Positions 45,922 through 56,294 are shown, numbered from the stretch's first letter. The stretch: DNA of 64,000 bases from an uncultured Azospirillum sp. (GCA_900538765.1 UQAB01000002.1:82046-146045), one strand, 5' to 3'. The notes: generated by a model from the letters alone, not told the origin. Program-made: numbers and translations.

Positions 45922-46833
45922 TTACAAATGGCTCTTTTCCGACGAAACGACCTCTGCCGCGCATTTCTGCCCGGTTTCCACGGCTTTGTCAACATCCCGG
46001 GACTTGAGATACTCATACAAAAAGCCGCCGGCAAAAGCATCCCCCGCACCGGTCGTGCTTACCGGATGTTCAATGGCTAAAGCCTCATGACGGCGAATAT
46101 CCCCATTTGACCGACATTCCACACCGTCTGCCCCCAATGTCTTCAGTACAAGGGGCGGCTGTGCGTTTTCCGGCAAATCCGCGGCCGCATATTCTGCCTC
46201 ATTACCAAACAAAACCGTCACATAAGGCATCAGTCGCAACAGGCGTTCCCGGTTTTCCGCAACAATTTTCGGGTCAGACAGCGTAAACGCCGTTTTCACG
46301 CCGGAAACCCGGGCAAGGCGCAGCAGCATATCAACAACGGCGCCGTTACCGTCCAGCCAATAGCCTTCGACAAACAGCCACCCGGCATTAATAACCTCTT
46401 TCCAATCAATATGGCGGTCACGAATATATTTTGAAGCCCGACGTTTGGCACATACCGTTTTTTCACCGTCTTCGTCAACCCAAACTACCGTACAGCCGGT
46501 TCCTTCTTCCGCACTGACATTCATCTGGTCGCAAATACCATAAGCCGCCAGTTCTTCGCCAAAGAAACGCCCGGCTTCATCTCCGCCGATTTTGCCGCAA
46601 AAACCGCAGATACCGCCAAGCTTGGCATAGGCTTTCAGAGAATTTGCCACAGATCCGCCGCATGACGTCACCGCCGCAGCATCAACAAAAGACAGCATTT
46701 GTTCAAATTCTTCTTCCGTCGTGTGCATATAGCCGCCCCTGCTCTGCCGCAGCCGTTCATAAAACGGATTATCAGCCCGCAGAGGTACGGAGAAATCAAC
46801 AACGGCATTGCCGAAACCAAGCAGTTTGACCAT
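45922..46833 (-). CDS. PfkB-family carbohydrate/adenosine kinase
   Basis: GGSVAN N-terminal motif and C-terminal TTGAGDAFAGGF. Confidence 0.8.
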   Translation of the reverse strand: MVKLLGFGNAVVDFSVPLRADNPFYERLRQSRGGYMHTTEEEFEQMLSFVDAAAVTSCGGSVANSLKAYAKLGGICGFCGKIGGDEAGRFFGEELAAYGICDQMNVSAEEGTGCTVVWVDEDGEKTVCAKRRASKYIRDRHIDWKEVINAGWLFVEGYWLDGNGAVVDMLLRLARVSGVKTAFTLSDPKIVAENRERLLRLMPYVTVLFGNEAEYAAADLPENAQPPLVLKTLGADGVECRSNGDIRRHEALAIEHPVSTTGAGDAFAGGFLYEYLKSRDVDKAVETGQKCAAEVVSSEKSHL

Positions 46834-46837
46834 CAGC

Positions 46838-48295
46838 CTATCCCAGTTTTTCTTTCAAAAGCTTATTCACAATTCCCGGATTAGCCTTGCCCTTGCTGGC
46901 TTTCATCACTTGACCGACAAACCAGCCGAACAGCCCCTGCTTGCCGTTTTTATAGGCGGCGACATTATCCGGCGCACTTGCCAGAACCTCGTCAATCACC
47001 GCTTCAATGGCACCGCTGTCGGTAACCTGAACCAAACCTTTTTCCTCTACGATTTTTTCAGGATTATCACCGCTTTCGGCCATAAGTGCAAACACTTCTT
47101 TGGCCGTCTTGCCGTTAATGACCTCTTTGCTGACCAGTTCAACCAAACGGCCGAGGTTTTCCGCAGAAACCGGAGAATTTTTTAGTTCGAGTTTTTTCTC
47201 GTTCAACATGGCAAAGAAATCGCCCATCAGCCAGTTAGCTACCTTTTTGGCATCATGCCCGGCAGCTGCTTTTTCAAAAAAGTCAGCAACTTCCTTGTTC
47301 TCGCAAATCACAATCGCATCATAAGGAGTCAATCCTAACTTATTGACAAAGCGTTCTTTTTTATCATCAGGCAGTTCGGGAATTTCCTTGCGAACCGCTT
47401 CCAGATAATCATCACTCAAAACCAACGGCGCCAAATCCGGTTCGGGAAAATAACGGTAATCATGGGCAAATTCTTTTTTGCGCATTACTTTCGTCTGCCC
47501 GGTTGACGGATCAAACTGCCGTGTTTCCTGAATGATTTCACCGCCGTTTTCATAGACATCTATATGTCTTTTCGCTTCATTTTCAATGGCTTGCATAACG
47601 AACTTAATGCTGTTGACGTTTTTCATCTCGCAGCGGGTGCGCAGCTCATCAGAGCCATAAGGCCGTACAGAAACATTAACGTCACAGCGCATGGACCCTT
47701 CATCCATATTGCCATCACAAGTCCCGAGATAACGCAGAATGGAACGCAGTTTTTTCAGAAAAGCCCCGGCCTCTTCCGGCGCGCGAAAATCCGGCTTGGT
47801 AACAATTTCCATCAACCCGACCCCGGCGCGATTCAAGTCGATAAAGCTCTTTTTCGGGTCAATATCATGAATTGACTTACCGGCATCCTGTTCAATATGC
47901 ATCCGTTCAATGCCTATGGATTTGACGCTTCCGTCCGGCAGGTCGATTAAAACCTCCCCTTCCCCGACTATCGGATATTTGAATTGTGTAATCTGATAAC
48001 CCTGCGGCAAATCGGCATAAAAATAGTTCTTGCGGGAAAAGTTTGAATATTTATTGATTTTTGCCCGCAGCCCGATGCCGGTCTTGACCGCCTGATGCAC
48101 GCATTCTTTGTTCAAAGTCGGCAGCATTCCGGGCATTCCGGCGTCAACAAAAGAAACATGTTCGTTCGGGTCGGCGCCAAACTCGGTAGAAGCGCCGCTG
48201 TAAATCTTGGATTTTGAAATAATCTGGCAGTGAATTTCCAAACCGCAGATAACTTCCCATTTTCCCTTGGCTGTTTCGATAACAAATTCTGACAT
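46838..48295 (-). CDS. gatB: Asp/Glu-tRNA amidotransferase subunit B
   Basis: WEVICGLEIHCQ start region and a full-length GatB-like sequence. ATG at 48295, 4 nt after the gatA stop. Confidence 0.95.
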   Translation of the reverse strand: MSEFVIETAKGKWEVICGLEIHCQIISKSKIYSGASTEFGADPNEHVSFVDAGMPGMLPTLNKECVHQAVKTGIGLRAKINKYSNFSRKNYFYADLPQGYQITQFKYPIVGEGEVLIDLPDGSVKSIGIERMHIEQDAGKSIHDIDPKKSFIDLNRAGVGLMEIVTKPDFRAPEEAGAFLKKLRSILRYLGTCDGNMDEGSMRCDVNVSVRPYGSDELRTRCEMKNVNSIKFVMQAIENEAKRHIDVYENGGEIIQETRQFDPSTGQTKVMRKKEFAHDYRYFPEPDLAPLVLSDDYLEAVRKEIPELPDDKKERFVNKLGLTPYDAIVICENKEVADFFEKAAAGHDAKKVANWLMGDFFAMLNEKKLELKNSPVSAENLGRLVELVSKEVINGKTAKEVFALMAESGDNPEKIVEEKGLVQVTDSGAIEAVIDEVLASAPDNVAAYKNGKQGLFGWFVGQVMKASKGKANPGIVNKLLKEKLG

Positions 48296-48299
48296 TGGC

Positions 48300-49763
48300 T
48301 TACTTCCTTGCAAAATTAACATCTTTTTCCAACACATGAGCGGCTTTCAGCACGCTTCCCTCATCAAAAGGACGGCCGATAAGCTGCAGCCCCAGAGGCA
48401 GACCGCGGCGGCTCAGCCCCGCAGGTACACTCATGGCCGGAAGCCCCGCCAAACTGACCGAAACCGTAAAGATATCATTCAGCCACATGTTAATCGGATT
48501 TTCCTTCATTGACTTGTCGCCGATTGCAAAAGCGTCTGTCGGTGCCGTCGGCGTCAAAATAACGTCGCATTTCTTAAACGCCTCCTCAAAATCATTGCGG
48601 ATAAGACGACGGACTTTCTGCGCCTTGAGATAATAGGCGTCATAATAACCGGCGGACAACACATAAGTCCCAATCATAATACGACGTTTGACCTCTTTGC
48701 CAAAGCCCTCGGAACGGGTGTTGATATACAAATCATCCAGATGCTGCCCCGGAACGCGCAGACCATAACGAATACCGTCATAACGCGCCAGATTGGACGA
48801 CGCCTCTGCCGGAGCAATAATATAATAAGTTGCCAGCGCATATTTGGTGTGCGGCAGGGAAATATTGACAATCTCCGCCCCGCGGGATTTTAAAATATCA
48901 ATTCCCTTGTCCCAGCTTGCCGCCGCTTCGGCATTAAGCCCTTCCGGGCGATACTCTGCCGGAATACCGATTTTCATGCCGCGGATATCACCGTTCAGAA
49001 AACTTTCAAAATCAGGCACATCAACCGGCGCCGATGTCGAATCTTTGGCATCATGGCCGCACATATTATTCAGCAAGACCGCACAGTCACGAACATCTTT
49101 GGCAATCGGCCCTGCCTGGTCAAGCGAAGACGCAAAGGCAATAATGCCATAACGTGAACAACGTCCGTAAGTCGGCTTAATCCCGGTAACGCCGCAAAAA
49201 GCGGACGGCTGTCGAATTGAACCGCCGGTATCAGTTCCGGTTGCCGCCGCGCACATATCAGCCGCCACAGCCGCCGCCGACCCGCCGGAAGAACCGCCGG
49301 CCACCAGCCTTTCATCACTGTCTTTGGCTTTCCAGGGATTAACCACCGGTCCAAAATAAGAAGTTTCGTTACTGCCGCCCATGGCAAACTCGTCCATATT
49401 CAGCTTACCGAGAACGGAAATTCCGGCATCCAGTAACTTCTCTGTCACGGTTGATTCGTACTGCGGTATAAAACCGTCAAGAATATGCGAACAAGCCGTC
49501 GTACGTATTCCCTTGGTACAAAACAGATCTTTAATGCCCATGGGAATTCCCTGTAAAGCCCCGGCCGTTCCGGCAGCATATTTCTCGTCGGAAATCCGGG
49601 CCTGTTCCAAAGCAATTTCGGGCGTTTCCAAAACATAGGCATTCAAAGCCCGTCCTTCTTCCATTTTCTTAATATAAGCTTCCGTCAGTTCGACAGAAGT
49701 AAATTCTTTCTTTTTCAAGCCTTCTCTGGCTTCGGCAATCGTTAATTTTGTTAAATCTGACAT
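48300..49763 (-). CDS. gatA: Glu-tRNA(Gln) amidotransferase subunit A
   Basis: Amidase signature [12 protein letters not shown] and [11 protein letters not shown]. Confidence 0.95.
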   Translation of the reverse strand: MSDLTKLTIAEAREGLKKKEFTSVELTEAYIKKMEEGRALNAYVLETPEIALEQARISDEKYAAGTAGALQGIPMGIKDLFCTKGIRTTACSHILDGFIPQYESTVTEKLLDAGISVLGKLNMDEFAMGGSNETSYFGPVVNPWKAKDSDERLVAGGSSGGSAAAVAADMCAAATGTDTGGSIRQPSAFCGVTGIKPTYGRCSRYGIIAFASSLDQAGPIAKDVRDCAVLLNNMCGHDAKDSTSAPVDVPDFESFLNGDIRGMKIGIPAEYRPEGLNAEAAASWDKGIDILKSRGAEIVNISLPHTKYALATYYIIAPAEASSNLARYDGIRYGLRVPGQHLDDLYINTRSEGFGKEVKRRIMIGTYVLSAGYYDAYYLKAQKVRRLIRNDFEEAFKKCDVILTPTAPTDAFAIGDKSMKENPINMWLNDIFTVSVSLAGLPAMSVPAGLSRRGLPLGLQLIGRPFDEGSVLKAAHVLEKDVNFARK

Positions 49764-49772
49764 TTTCTTACT

Positions 49773-49934
49773 CGCAAAATCTGTATTTATTCCCTCTCAG
49801 GCACATAGAGGAGTTTAGCCTGTACAATTTTGAGTGAAAGCGAAGAATGAGGCTTATAATAAGATTTCAGGGCGGAGGAAGCGGAGTGTCAAAAGCTGTA
49901 CATGAGCATTCCGACGACCCGCAAAATCTGTATT
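49773..49934. repeat. 15-bp perfect direct repeat pair inside the gatC-gatA spacer
   Basis: CGCAAAATCTGTATT at 49773-49787 and again at 49920-49934. A 9-11-bp inverted repeat GTGAAAGCG (49834-49842) / CGCTTTCAC (49949-49957) also lies in the spacer. Confidence 0.6.
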
Positions 49935-49959
49935 AGAAGACCGCTATACGCTTTCACCC

Positions 49960-50247
49960 TTACTCTACGACTTTGGGAACCACATAATACCCATACTCCG
50001 CCGACGGCGCATTAAAAAGAACGGCATCACGCTGATTGCCGTCGGTAATTTCATCCGCGCGCAGAGAAAGGGAAAAATTGTTAACCGTTTCCAAGGGATC
50101 GACGGCTTCGGTGTCAACTTCGTTCAGTTGCTCCACCCAATTGAGAATATTGTTAAACTCGTCTTTGGTTTCATCAATCTTATCGGCGTCAACCTTAAGA
50201 CGCGACAAGAAAGCAATGCGTTTTACGGTATCTGTATCTACAGCCAT
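49960..50247 (-). CDS. gatC: Asp/Glu-tRNA amidotransferase subunit C
   Basis: 95 aa. VKRIAFLSRLKV...LNWVEQL pattern typical of GatC. Confidence 0.9.
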   Translation of the reverse strand: MAVDTDTVKRIAFLSRLKVDADKIDETKDEFNNILNWVEQLNEVDTEAVDPLETVNNFSLSLRADEITDGNQRDAVLFNAPSAEYGYYVVPKVVE

Positions 50248-50265
50248 AATTTGCTTACCTCTTTT

Positions 50266-52083
50266 CTAGTAGTTGATTTTGAACGGTGGAAGCACCGTTT
50301 CATATTGCAGTCTGTTCAGCATTCTAATATCATTGACGTCAAAGCCCATCTCTTTAACCGCCTTATTAACAGATATTTTCTGAGAACCGCCTATTAACTC
50401 GGACAGCTTTTGCTGAAAATTCTTTTCCCCCGGATAATAGACAATGACATTGGCATAGCGTTTTTCATCTTTGAGTTCTTTATAAAGCCAGTCAGCCGCG
50501 GCATCAATCCCGCCGATTTCATCAACCAGTCCCAAACGAACCGCATCGGCCCCGCTGAACACTCTGCCCCGTGCCAGCTTGTCCATTTCCTCAAGCGACA
50601 TATTGCGCGCTTGTGCCGCCTTAGCGGTAAAGTCTTTATAAACGTTGTCAAGCGAAGCGTTAAATATCTCGGCCTCACGCGGCGTAAACTTATGGTTGGC
50701 GCTCATAATTCCGGCATTGTCGCCGATATAGATATTCCCCCAGTTAACACCGAGCTTCTCCCATAATCCGGCCAGAACCATCTTGCCGCCAAATACACCG
50801 ATAGAACCGGTAATCGTCGTCATCCCGGCAAAGCTCTTATCTCCGGCCAAAGCCACGAAATAACCGCCGGAAGCCGCATAATTGCCCATTGTCACCACAA
50901 CGGGAATATTGTGTTTTTCCTTAAATTTTACAATAGCATTGCGAATTTCGTTTGACGCCGTATAGCTGCCTCCCGGAGAATTAATTCGCAGAATCAGCCC
51001 CTTAAGCAGCGGTTCTTTTTCCACCTCATAAAGATCTCGCAGGAATGTGTCCGCCCCGGTCGTCAGTTCGCCGCTCCAGGGATCAAGATTGCTCTCGCCA
51101 CCGGTAATCGTCCCCTCAATCACCATATAGGCAATTTTTCCGGGCTGGGAAGATGTCTTTTTCTTGTCAGACATAACGCGATAATAATCGGAAGCGCTGA
51201 GTACCTTGGCATCGACATCTCGTTCCAAACGGCGGATATAATCAGTCTTGAATTCCAAATGGTCAACCAAACGCTGTTTAAAAGCTTCTTCTGAAAAAAT
51301 CGGCGCCCGGTTAACCATCTCAATCAGCTTTTCTTCCGGAATATGACGCATATCACTGGCATCCATCGTAAAAACCATATGCATCACTTCCGCCAGCTTA
51401 GTCATTTCCGAGCGAAATTCTTTGCTCATTTTGCTGTCCGTCAGCGGCGCAGCCCCGCTCTTATATTCGTAGCGGGCATAAAATTCAGGCTCTATGCCGA
51501 CTTTATCCAAAACGTCACGGAAAAACGGAACTTCCATGGCCACGCCGGTAATGCCGACCTCTGAGTTTGGCATCAGTGAAATTTCATTAAACCCGGTTGC
51601 CAGATAATATTCGTTGGTACCGCCGCCCATAGCGCCAAAACCGTCGGAATAAATATAAGCTCTCTTGCCCGATAACTTAAAAGAATGGATTTCATCCTTA
51701 AGTTCCTGAATTTGCGCCATACCAAGGCCGGACACACTGACATTCGCAGCAATAGCCTTGACTTTTGGATCTAATTTCGCTTGTCTGATAAGCGAAATTA
51801 AATCATAAAAGGAAAGCTGCGGCCGGCCGGAAAATTCGCCAAACAAATCTTCACTTCTAATTTCATTAATCGGGGCATCAAAATTAATTGTCAGCAAAAT
51901 TTTATCAGGAACTTCAACAAAGTAATCACGCTCACTGCTGAAATAGCTGTAAATCAGCCAGCCAAGCCACACAGCAAGCAAGCCGATGACCGCCAGCGTA
52001 TACATAACAGCCTTTTTCAGGACATCGCCCCAATAGCCTTTTCTTTCTTCACCCGGAAGCGCATTATTTTCCATACGTTTCAA
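50266..52083 (-). CDS. sppA: Signal peptide peptidase SppA, 67K type
   Basis: 605 aa. N-terminal TM, two S49 domains, GNYAASGGYF serine region. Confidence 0.85.
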   Translation of the reverse strand: MKRMENNALPGEERKGYWGDVLKKAVMYTLAVIGLLAVWLGWLIYSYFSSERDYFVEVPDKILLTINFDAPINEIRSEDLFGEFSGRPQLSFYDLISLIRQAKLDPKVKAIAANVSVSGLGMAQIQELKDEIHSFKLSGKRAYIYSDGFGAMGGGTNEYYLATGFNEISLMPNSEVGITGVAMEVPFFRDVLDKVGIEPEFYARYEYKSGAAPLTDSKMSKEFRSEMTKLAEVMHMVFTMDASDMRHIPEEKLIEMVNRAPIFSEEAFKQRLVDHLEFKTDYIRRLERDVDAKVLSASDYYRVMSDKKKTSSQPGKIAYMVIEGTITGGESNLDPWSGELTTGADTFLRDLYEVEKEPLLKGLILRINSPGGSYTASNEIRNAIVKFKEKHNIPVVVTMGNYAASGGYFVALAGDKSFAGMTTITGSIGVFGGKMVLAGLWEKLGVNWGNIYIGDNAGIMSANHKFTPREAEIFNASLDNVYKDFTAKAAQARNMSLEEMDKLARGRVFSGADAVRLGLVDEIGGIDAAADWLYKELKDEKRYANVIVYYPGEKNFQQKLSELIGGSQKISVNKAVKEMGFDVNDIRMLNRLQYETVLPPFKINY

Positions 52084-52171
52084 CCTCTGTTCTGTTTTTC
52101 ACGGCAAAACCGCCGGGGATAATCGGCCGGCGGTCAGACACTGCTTATTTGCTCAAAATCCAAACCGAAGT

Positions 52172-53002
52172 TTAGAAATCCATCAAAACCTGACCGGATT
52201 CGTGAGCATTATCCAAAGCAACCATACCGATTGAATGATAACCGGCATCAACATGCAAAACTTCACCGGTAATGGCAGCGCCGAGCGGCGACAACAATGC
52301 CAAGGCGGCAGCACCGACTTCATCCTGTGTCACATTGCGTTTCAACGGTGCGTTGAGTTCGTTCCAACGTAAAATCTTGCGAAAATCACCGATACCGGAA
52401 GCTGCCAGAGTCTTAATCGGGCCGGCGGAAATGCCGTTAACGCGAACCCCCTGTTTACCGAGGTCAACAGCGGCATAGCGGATAGCAGCATCCAAAGCTG
52501 CTTTGGCAACACCCATAATATTATAGTTAGGCAGAGTTCTCTCACCGCCGAGGTATGTCAATGTAACAATAGAACCGCCGTCATTCATAATCGGAGAAGC
52601 GCATCTGCAGGCTTCCAGAAAAGAATAGCATGAAATATGCATCGTATTCAGAAAGTTCGGCAGAGTCGTATCAATCGTCCGGCCTTTGAGTTCATTCTTG
52701 TCAGAGAAAGCAATGGCATGAACAACAAAATCAATCTTGCCCCATTTTTCACCCAGCTCTTTAAAGCAGGCTTCGACACTGGCAGAGTCGGTAACGTCAC
52801 ATTTAATCAGCATCGGCGGAAAATCCAGCTGTTCGGCCAGCGGTCTTACTCTTTTTTCCAAAGCTTCGCCCTGATAGGAAATCGCAATCTGCGCGCCTTG
52901 GGCGTTCAATGCCTGGGCAATACCCCATGCAATCGACTTATCATTTGCCAGGCCCATAATCAGGCCTTTTTTACCTGCCATTAAAGAAGAGGCTGTTGTC
53001 AT
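52172..53002 (-). CDS. fabI: Enoyl-ACP reductase FabI (NADH)
   Basis: 276 aa from the ATG at 53002 (the upstream part of the ORF is AT-rich non-coding). GLANDKSIAWGIA, Y..MGVAKAALDA. Confidence 0.9.
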   Translation of the reverse strand: MTTASSLMAGKKGLIMGLANDKSIAWGIAQALNAQGAQIAISYQGEALEKRVRPLAEQLDFPPMLIKCDVTDSASVEACFKELGEKWGKIDFVVHAIAFSDKNELKGRTIDTTLPNFLNTMHISCYSFLEACRCASPIMNDGGSIVTLTYLGGERTLPNYNIMGVAKAALDAAIRYAAVDLGKQGVRVNGISAGPIKTLAASGIGDFRKILRWNELNAPLKRNVTQDEVGAAALALLSPLGAAITGEVLHVDAGYHSIGMVALDNAHESGQVLMDF

Positions 53003-53111
53003 AATATTTTCCTTTGCTTTTAAAAAAATATATAATAAGTTTACAATTAATGTTACATTCTTATTATAGAATTTCGATAAATTTGTAAACAATTTTTTTT
53101 GAGAGTTGCAT

Positions 53112-54050
53112 ATGTCATTTAAAATAAAAGCAGAAAACGCCCTTCGTACAATCAGCGAATTTTCATATTTTCTGATTCGCCGCGCCCGCAATGACACAAT
53201 TTTCCGCGTTGCCGCCTCCCTGAGCTACACCTCGTTGATAGCCATTGTCCCGCTGTTTGCCATCGGCCTGTCCATCTTCTCGGCCTTTCCGGCTTTTGAA
53301 AGCATCCGCGACCAGATTCAGGAAATGCTCCTCCGCAATCTAGCGCCAACTCTCGGCAATGAAGTCAGCGCATATTTTGCCGACTTTCTCAAGGCATCCG
53401 CCGGCTTGACAACCATCGGCGTCATCAGTATCGTCGTCACCTCGATTATGCTGCTCTCCACCATTGAAAACAGCTTCAACTTCATTTTCCGGGTTTCGCG
53501 CCCCCGTCACATCACCACAAAAATCACCCTTTACTGGACGGTCATCACCCTCGGGCCGCTGCTGCTCGGCGCAGCATTTTCAATCCGCAGCTATTTCTTT
53601 GCCCTGCCCGGCCTGTCCGCGGAAAATATTGATGCCAGCATTCTGTTGAGCACGATGCTGCCGGCACTGATGACCATTGTCGTCCTTATGATTATCTACA
53701 TTTTCGTTCCCAACAAAAAAGTCCGTTTTACCAATGCGGCCTGCGGCGCACTGATAGCCATGCTGTTATTTGCCATTTTACGCAAATGTTTCGGCATGAC
53801 GGTACAGGCCAGTGCCGCCTACCAGACTCTATACGGCGCTCTGGCAATCATCCCCATCTTTCTGGTCTGGATGTATTCCGCCTGGTCGGTGGTTATTTTC
53901 GGCGCTGTTGTCACCGCCGCGCTTGATGATTTTCAGGGAATGGACCGCCGCAGCCTAAAAAAAAGCATTGTCCTGAATGACCCCGAAAAACGCGATTTTG
54001 TGAAAAATCACCCGAGCCGTAAAAAACTCTTGCAAAAAGAACAAAATTAG
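53112..54050 (+). CDS. YihY/BrkB-family membrane protein
   Basis: Motifs AASLSYTSLIAIVPL and YGALAIIPIFLVWMY. 6 TM. Confidence 0.8.
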   Translation: MSFKIKAENALRTISEFSYFLIRRARNDTIFRVAASLSYTSLIAIVPLFAIGLSIFSAFPAFESIRDQIQEMLLRNLAPTLGNEVSAYFADFLKASAGLTTIGVISIVVTSIMLLSTIENSFNFIFRVSRPRHITTKITLYWTVITLGPLLLGAAFSIRSYFFALPGLSAENIDASILLSTMLPALMTIVVLMIIYIFVPNKKVRFTNAACGALIAMLLFAILRKCFGMTVQASAAYQTLYGALAIIPIFLVWMYSAWSVVIFGAVVTAALDDFQGMDRRSLKKSIVLNDPEKRDFVKNHPSRKKLLQKEQN

Positions 54051-54156
54051 TACATTATCTTTTTCATAGGATAAATCCGATACACCGATTGCGTTTTTTC
54101 GCCGGAAGTGGATAAATAAGTATGTAACTAATTTTTTTGAGAAGAAAGAAACTGTA

Positions 54157-55185
54157 ATGGAAAAAGATAAAGCCCTCGACGCCGCCCTCAGCCAAATCGA
54201 ACGTGCCTTCGGCAAAGGTTCGATTATGCGGCTCGGACAGCAGTCCAATATTGACATTGAAGCTATTTCAACCGGTTCTCTCGGCATTGATATCGCCTTA
54301 GGCATCGGCGGTCTGCCCAAAGGCCGTATCATAGAAATCTTCGGGCCGGAAAGTTCCGGTAAAACCACCCTCGCCCTGAGCGTCATTGCCCAGGCGCAGA
54401 AAAAAGGCGGAACCTGTGCTTTTATCGACGCCGAACACGCGCTTGACCCGGCTTATGCCAAGAAAATCGGCGTAGACATTGACAGCCTGTTGATTTCTCA
54501 ACCGGATGCCGGTGAACAGGCTCTGGAAATTGCTGACACTTTGGTACGTTCCGGCGCCATCGACGTTTTGGTTGTCGACTCTGTTGCCGCCCTGGTACCG
54601 AAAGCCGAACTCGAAGGTGAAATGGGTGATTCTCATATGGGTCTGCAAGCCCGCCTGATGAGCCAGGCACTGCGCAAACTGACCTCCACGGTTTCCCGCT
54701 CCAACACGCTGATTATCTTCATCAACCAGATTCGTATGAAAATCGGTGTCATGTTTGGCAACCCGGAAACGACAACAGGTGGTAACGCGCTGAAATTCTA
54801 TGCTTCCGTCCGCATGGACATCCGCCGTACCGGCGCTATCAAAGACAAAGAAGACGTCATTGGCAGCCAGACCCGCGTTAAGATTGTCAAAAACAAGGTT
54901 GCCCCGCCGTTCAAAGTCGTTGATTTTGACATCATGTATGGCGAAGGAATTTCCAAAACCGGAGAATTGCTTGACCTTGGCGTCAAAGCCGGTATTGTTG
55001 AAAAAGCCGGCGCCTGGTTTTCCTATAAAGGTGACAAAATCGGCCAGGGACGCGAAAACGCCAAGATTTTCTTAAAAGAACATCCGCAGATTGCTGATGA
55101 AATCGAAAACAAAATCCGCGCCGATGCCGGACACCTCACCACGGAAATGATTGGTGATGAAGAACCTGCCGCCGAAACGGAATAA
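54157..55185 (+). CDS. recA: Recombinase RecA
   Basis: GPESSGKTT Walker A, and near-complete identity of motif order with alphaproteobacterial RecA. Confidence 0.97.
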   Translation: MEKDKALDAALSQIERAFGKGSIMRLGQQSNIDIEAISTGSLGIDIALGIGGLPKGRIIEIFGPESSGKTTLALSVIAQAQKKGGTCAFIDAEHALDPAYAKKIGVDIDSLLISQPDAGEQALEIADTLVRSGAIDVLVVDSVAALVPKAELEGEMGDSHMGLQARLMSQALRKLTSTVSRSNTLIIFINQIRMKIGVMFGNPETTTGGNALKFYASVRMDIRRTGAIKDKEDVIGSQTRVKIVKNKVAPPFKVVDFDIMYGEGISKTGELLDLGVKAGIVEKAGAWFSYKGDKIGQGRENAKIFLKEHPQIADEIENKIRADAGHLTTEMIGDEEPAAETE

Positions 55186-55206
55186 AGCCATTCTTAGTAT
55201 CAGACA

Positions 55207-55246
55207 AAACCCAAGCAGTTTTTCCTTTGCTTGGGTTTTGTTTTTA
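55207..55246 (+). terminator. recA intrinsic terminator
   Basis: Stem AAACCCAAGCA/TGCTTGGGTTT followed by TGTTTTT. Confidence 0.8.
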
Positions 55247-55478
55247 TAAAAAACATTTCTTGCTACTTTGCCACATAAAAAAATAAATATCATCACAAAT
55301 TTACATACCCCCCAAACGCCTTTCGGAGTCGCACAAACCGGAAATTTTTCTTAAAACATCATCAAACAGTACCCCGTTTTTCTTTGTCAATAACACCTAT
55401 CTCGCCTAAAATCGACAGATATATCATTGAAATACCATACTTCACGAATAAATTAGACAAATTTTTTCATTTTATGCT

Positions 55479-55507
55479 TGACATTTGTCAACAGACTGTG
55501 TTATGTT
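55479..55507 (+). promoter_or_regulatory. Candidate promoter whose -35 is half of a perfect palindrome
   Basis: TTGACA-TT-TGTCAA (55479-55492). TTATGT at 55502-55507 lies 17 nt after the -35. Confidence 0.4.
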
Positions 55508-55560
55508 GTTTTCATCAAATTACAATTTTTTTTATTATTAACAATTTAAATTCATATCTT

Positions 55561-55935
55561 ATGTGTAAGAATGCTAAAATCGCGTGTGAGAAACTGAGTG
55601 CTGACTACGTTGCAAACAAAACTAAGACGCCCTTTGAAAGAATATACACCGTTGTTATCAATCCGAACGGCGGTCCGAAACACAATAAACACAATCAGAT
55701 CGGACAATTCAAGAAAGGCGTTCCTTACATTGTTTGGGCAACCGACATCACAAAGGCAACAGTCACCATCCGCGACTTAAAGAGTAAAAAGAGCACGGAA
55801 GTTGACAGCTGCGAATGCCAGTTCACCAACATCAGTGAACTTGAGCTAAACGGTATGAAATATGTGGAACGCCAGATAAACGGTGTTTACCATTATGTTT
55901 CCGCCAAGAAAGCCCCTGCCAACAAAAAAATTTAA
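55561..55935 (+). CDS. Hypothetical protein (orphan)
   Basis: 124 aa from the ATG at 55561. No SD and no recognisable family. A good terminator lies downstream. The upstream part of the 183-aa ORF looks non-coding. Confidence 0.4.
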   Translation: MCKNAKIACEKLSADYVANKTKTPFERIYTVVINPNGGPKHNKHNQIGQFKKGVPYIVWATDITKATVTIRDLKSKKSTEVDSCECQFTNISELELNGMKYVERQINGVYHYVSAKKAPANKKI

Positions 55936-55974
55936 CCTGCCAATCTTTTTACCTTAAAGACTAAAAACACAATC

Positions 55975-56016
55975 AAACACTCGCCGCATGTTCGAATGCC
56001 GCGAGTGTTTTCTTTA
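55975..56016 (+). terminator. Intrinsic terminator after the orphan gene
   Basis: Stem ACACTCGC/GCGAGTGT followed by TTTCTTTAT. Confidence 0.65.
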
Positions 56017-56138
56017 TAAAAAATCTTACCTTTCAAATTCCGCCAGTTTCAAAAAAATACAAATTATATAAAAAAGTTCTTGACCTTTATAAGATATTTG
56101 AGTAAAAGTTTCTCGTAAATGCAATATCACAAATCCAT

Positions 56139-56228
56139 GGAGAGGTGGCAGAGTGGTTTAATGCAGCGGTCTTGAAAACCGTCGAGGGTGCGAGCCCTCC
56201 CAGAGTTCGAATCTCTGCCTCTCCGCCA
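56139..56228 (+). tRNA. tRNA-Ser (anticodon TGA)
   Basis: Acceptor GGAGAGG/CCTCTCC, anticodon loop CTTGAAA, long variable arm, T-loop TTCGAAT, CCA encoded. 90 nt. Confidence 0.95.
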
Positions 56229-56237
56229 ATTAAAAGA

Positions 56238-56262
56238 AACGCCCCTTGCGGGCGTTTTTTTT
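56238..56262 (+). terminator. tRNA-Ser terminator
   Basis: Stem ACGCCC/GGGCGT followed by T8. Confidence 0.8.
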
Positions 56263-56269
56263 AATTGAT

Positions 56270-56294
56270 GAGGAGAGCTGGATTTGAACTCTGG
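56270..56294 (-). other. Degenerate inverted copy of the tRNA-Ser 3' (T-arm/acceptor) segment
   Basis: The reverse complement CCAGAGTTCAAATCCAGCTCTCCTC matches CCAGAGTTCGAATCTCTGCCTCTCC of the adjacent tRNA, at about 20 of 25 positions by eye. Confidence 0.35.

Noticed and set aside
49834-49853. Apparent similarity between the purine-rich tract in the gatC-gatA spacer (GTGAAAGCGAAGAATGAGGC) and the one downstream of tRNA-Ser (56341-56361, GAGGCGAAGCCGAACGAGGAC), as a possible shared repeat family.
   Set aside because: The match is only about 14 of 20 positions, needs gaps, and sits in low-complexity purine-rich sequence. That is too weak without a genome-wide repeat search.
49847-49936. 29-codon ORF (MRLIIRFQGGGSGVSKAVHEHSDDPQNLY) on the plus strand inside the gatC-gatA spacer.
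   Set aside because: It is antisense to an operon transcript, has no clear promoter, carries only a vague purine-rich pre-ATG region, and has no recognisable peptide features.
52172-53197. N-terminally extended versions of fabI (341 aa), the second Nudix gene (45345-46049), the YfbR-like HD gene (39296-39937), gatB (46838-48337) and rnfC/rnfE/yejF as given in the ORF track.
   Set aside because: The extensions run through AT-rich promoter DNA or overlap the upstream gene. Internal ATGs with an RBS give proteins that start where homologues start.
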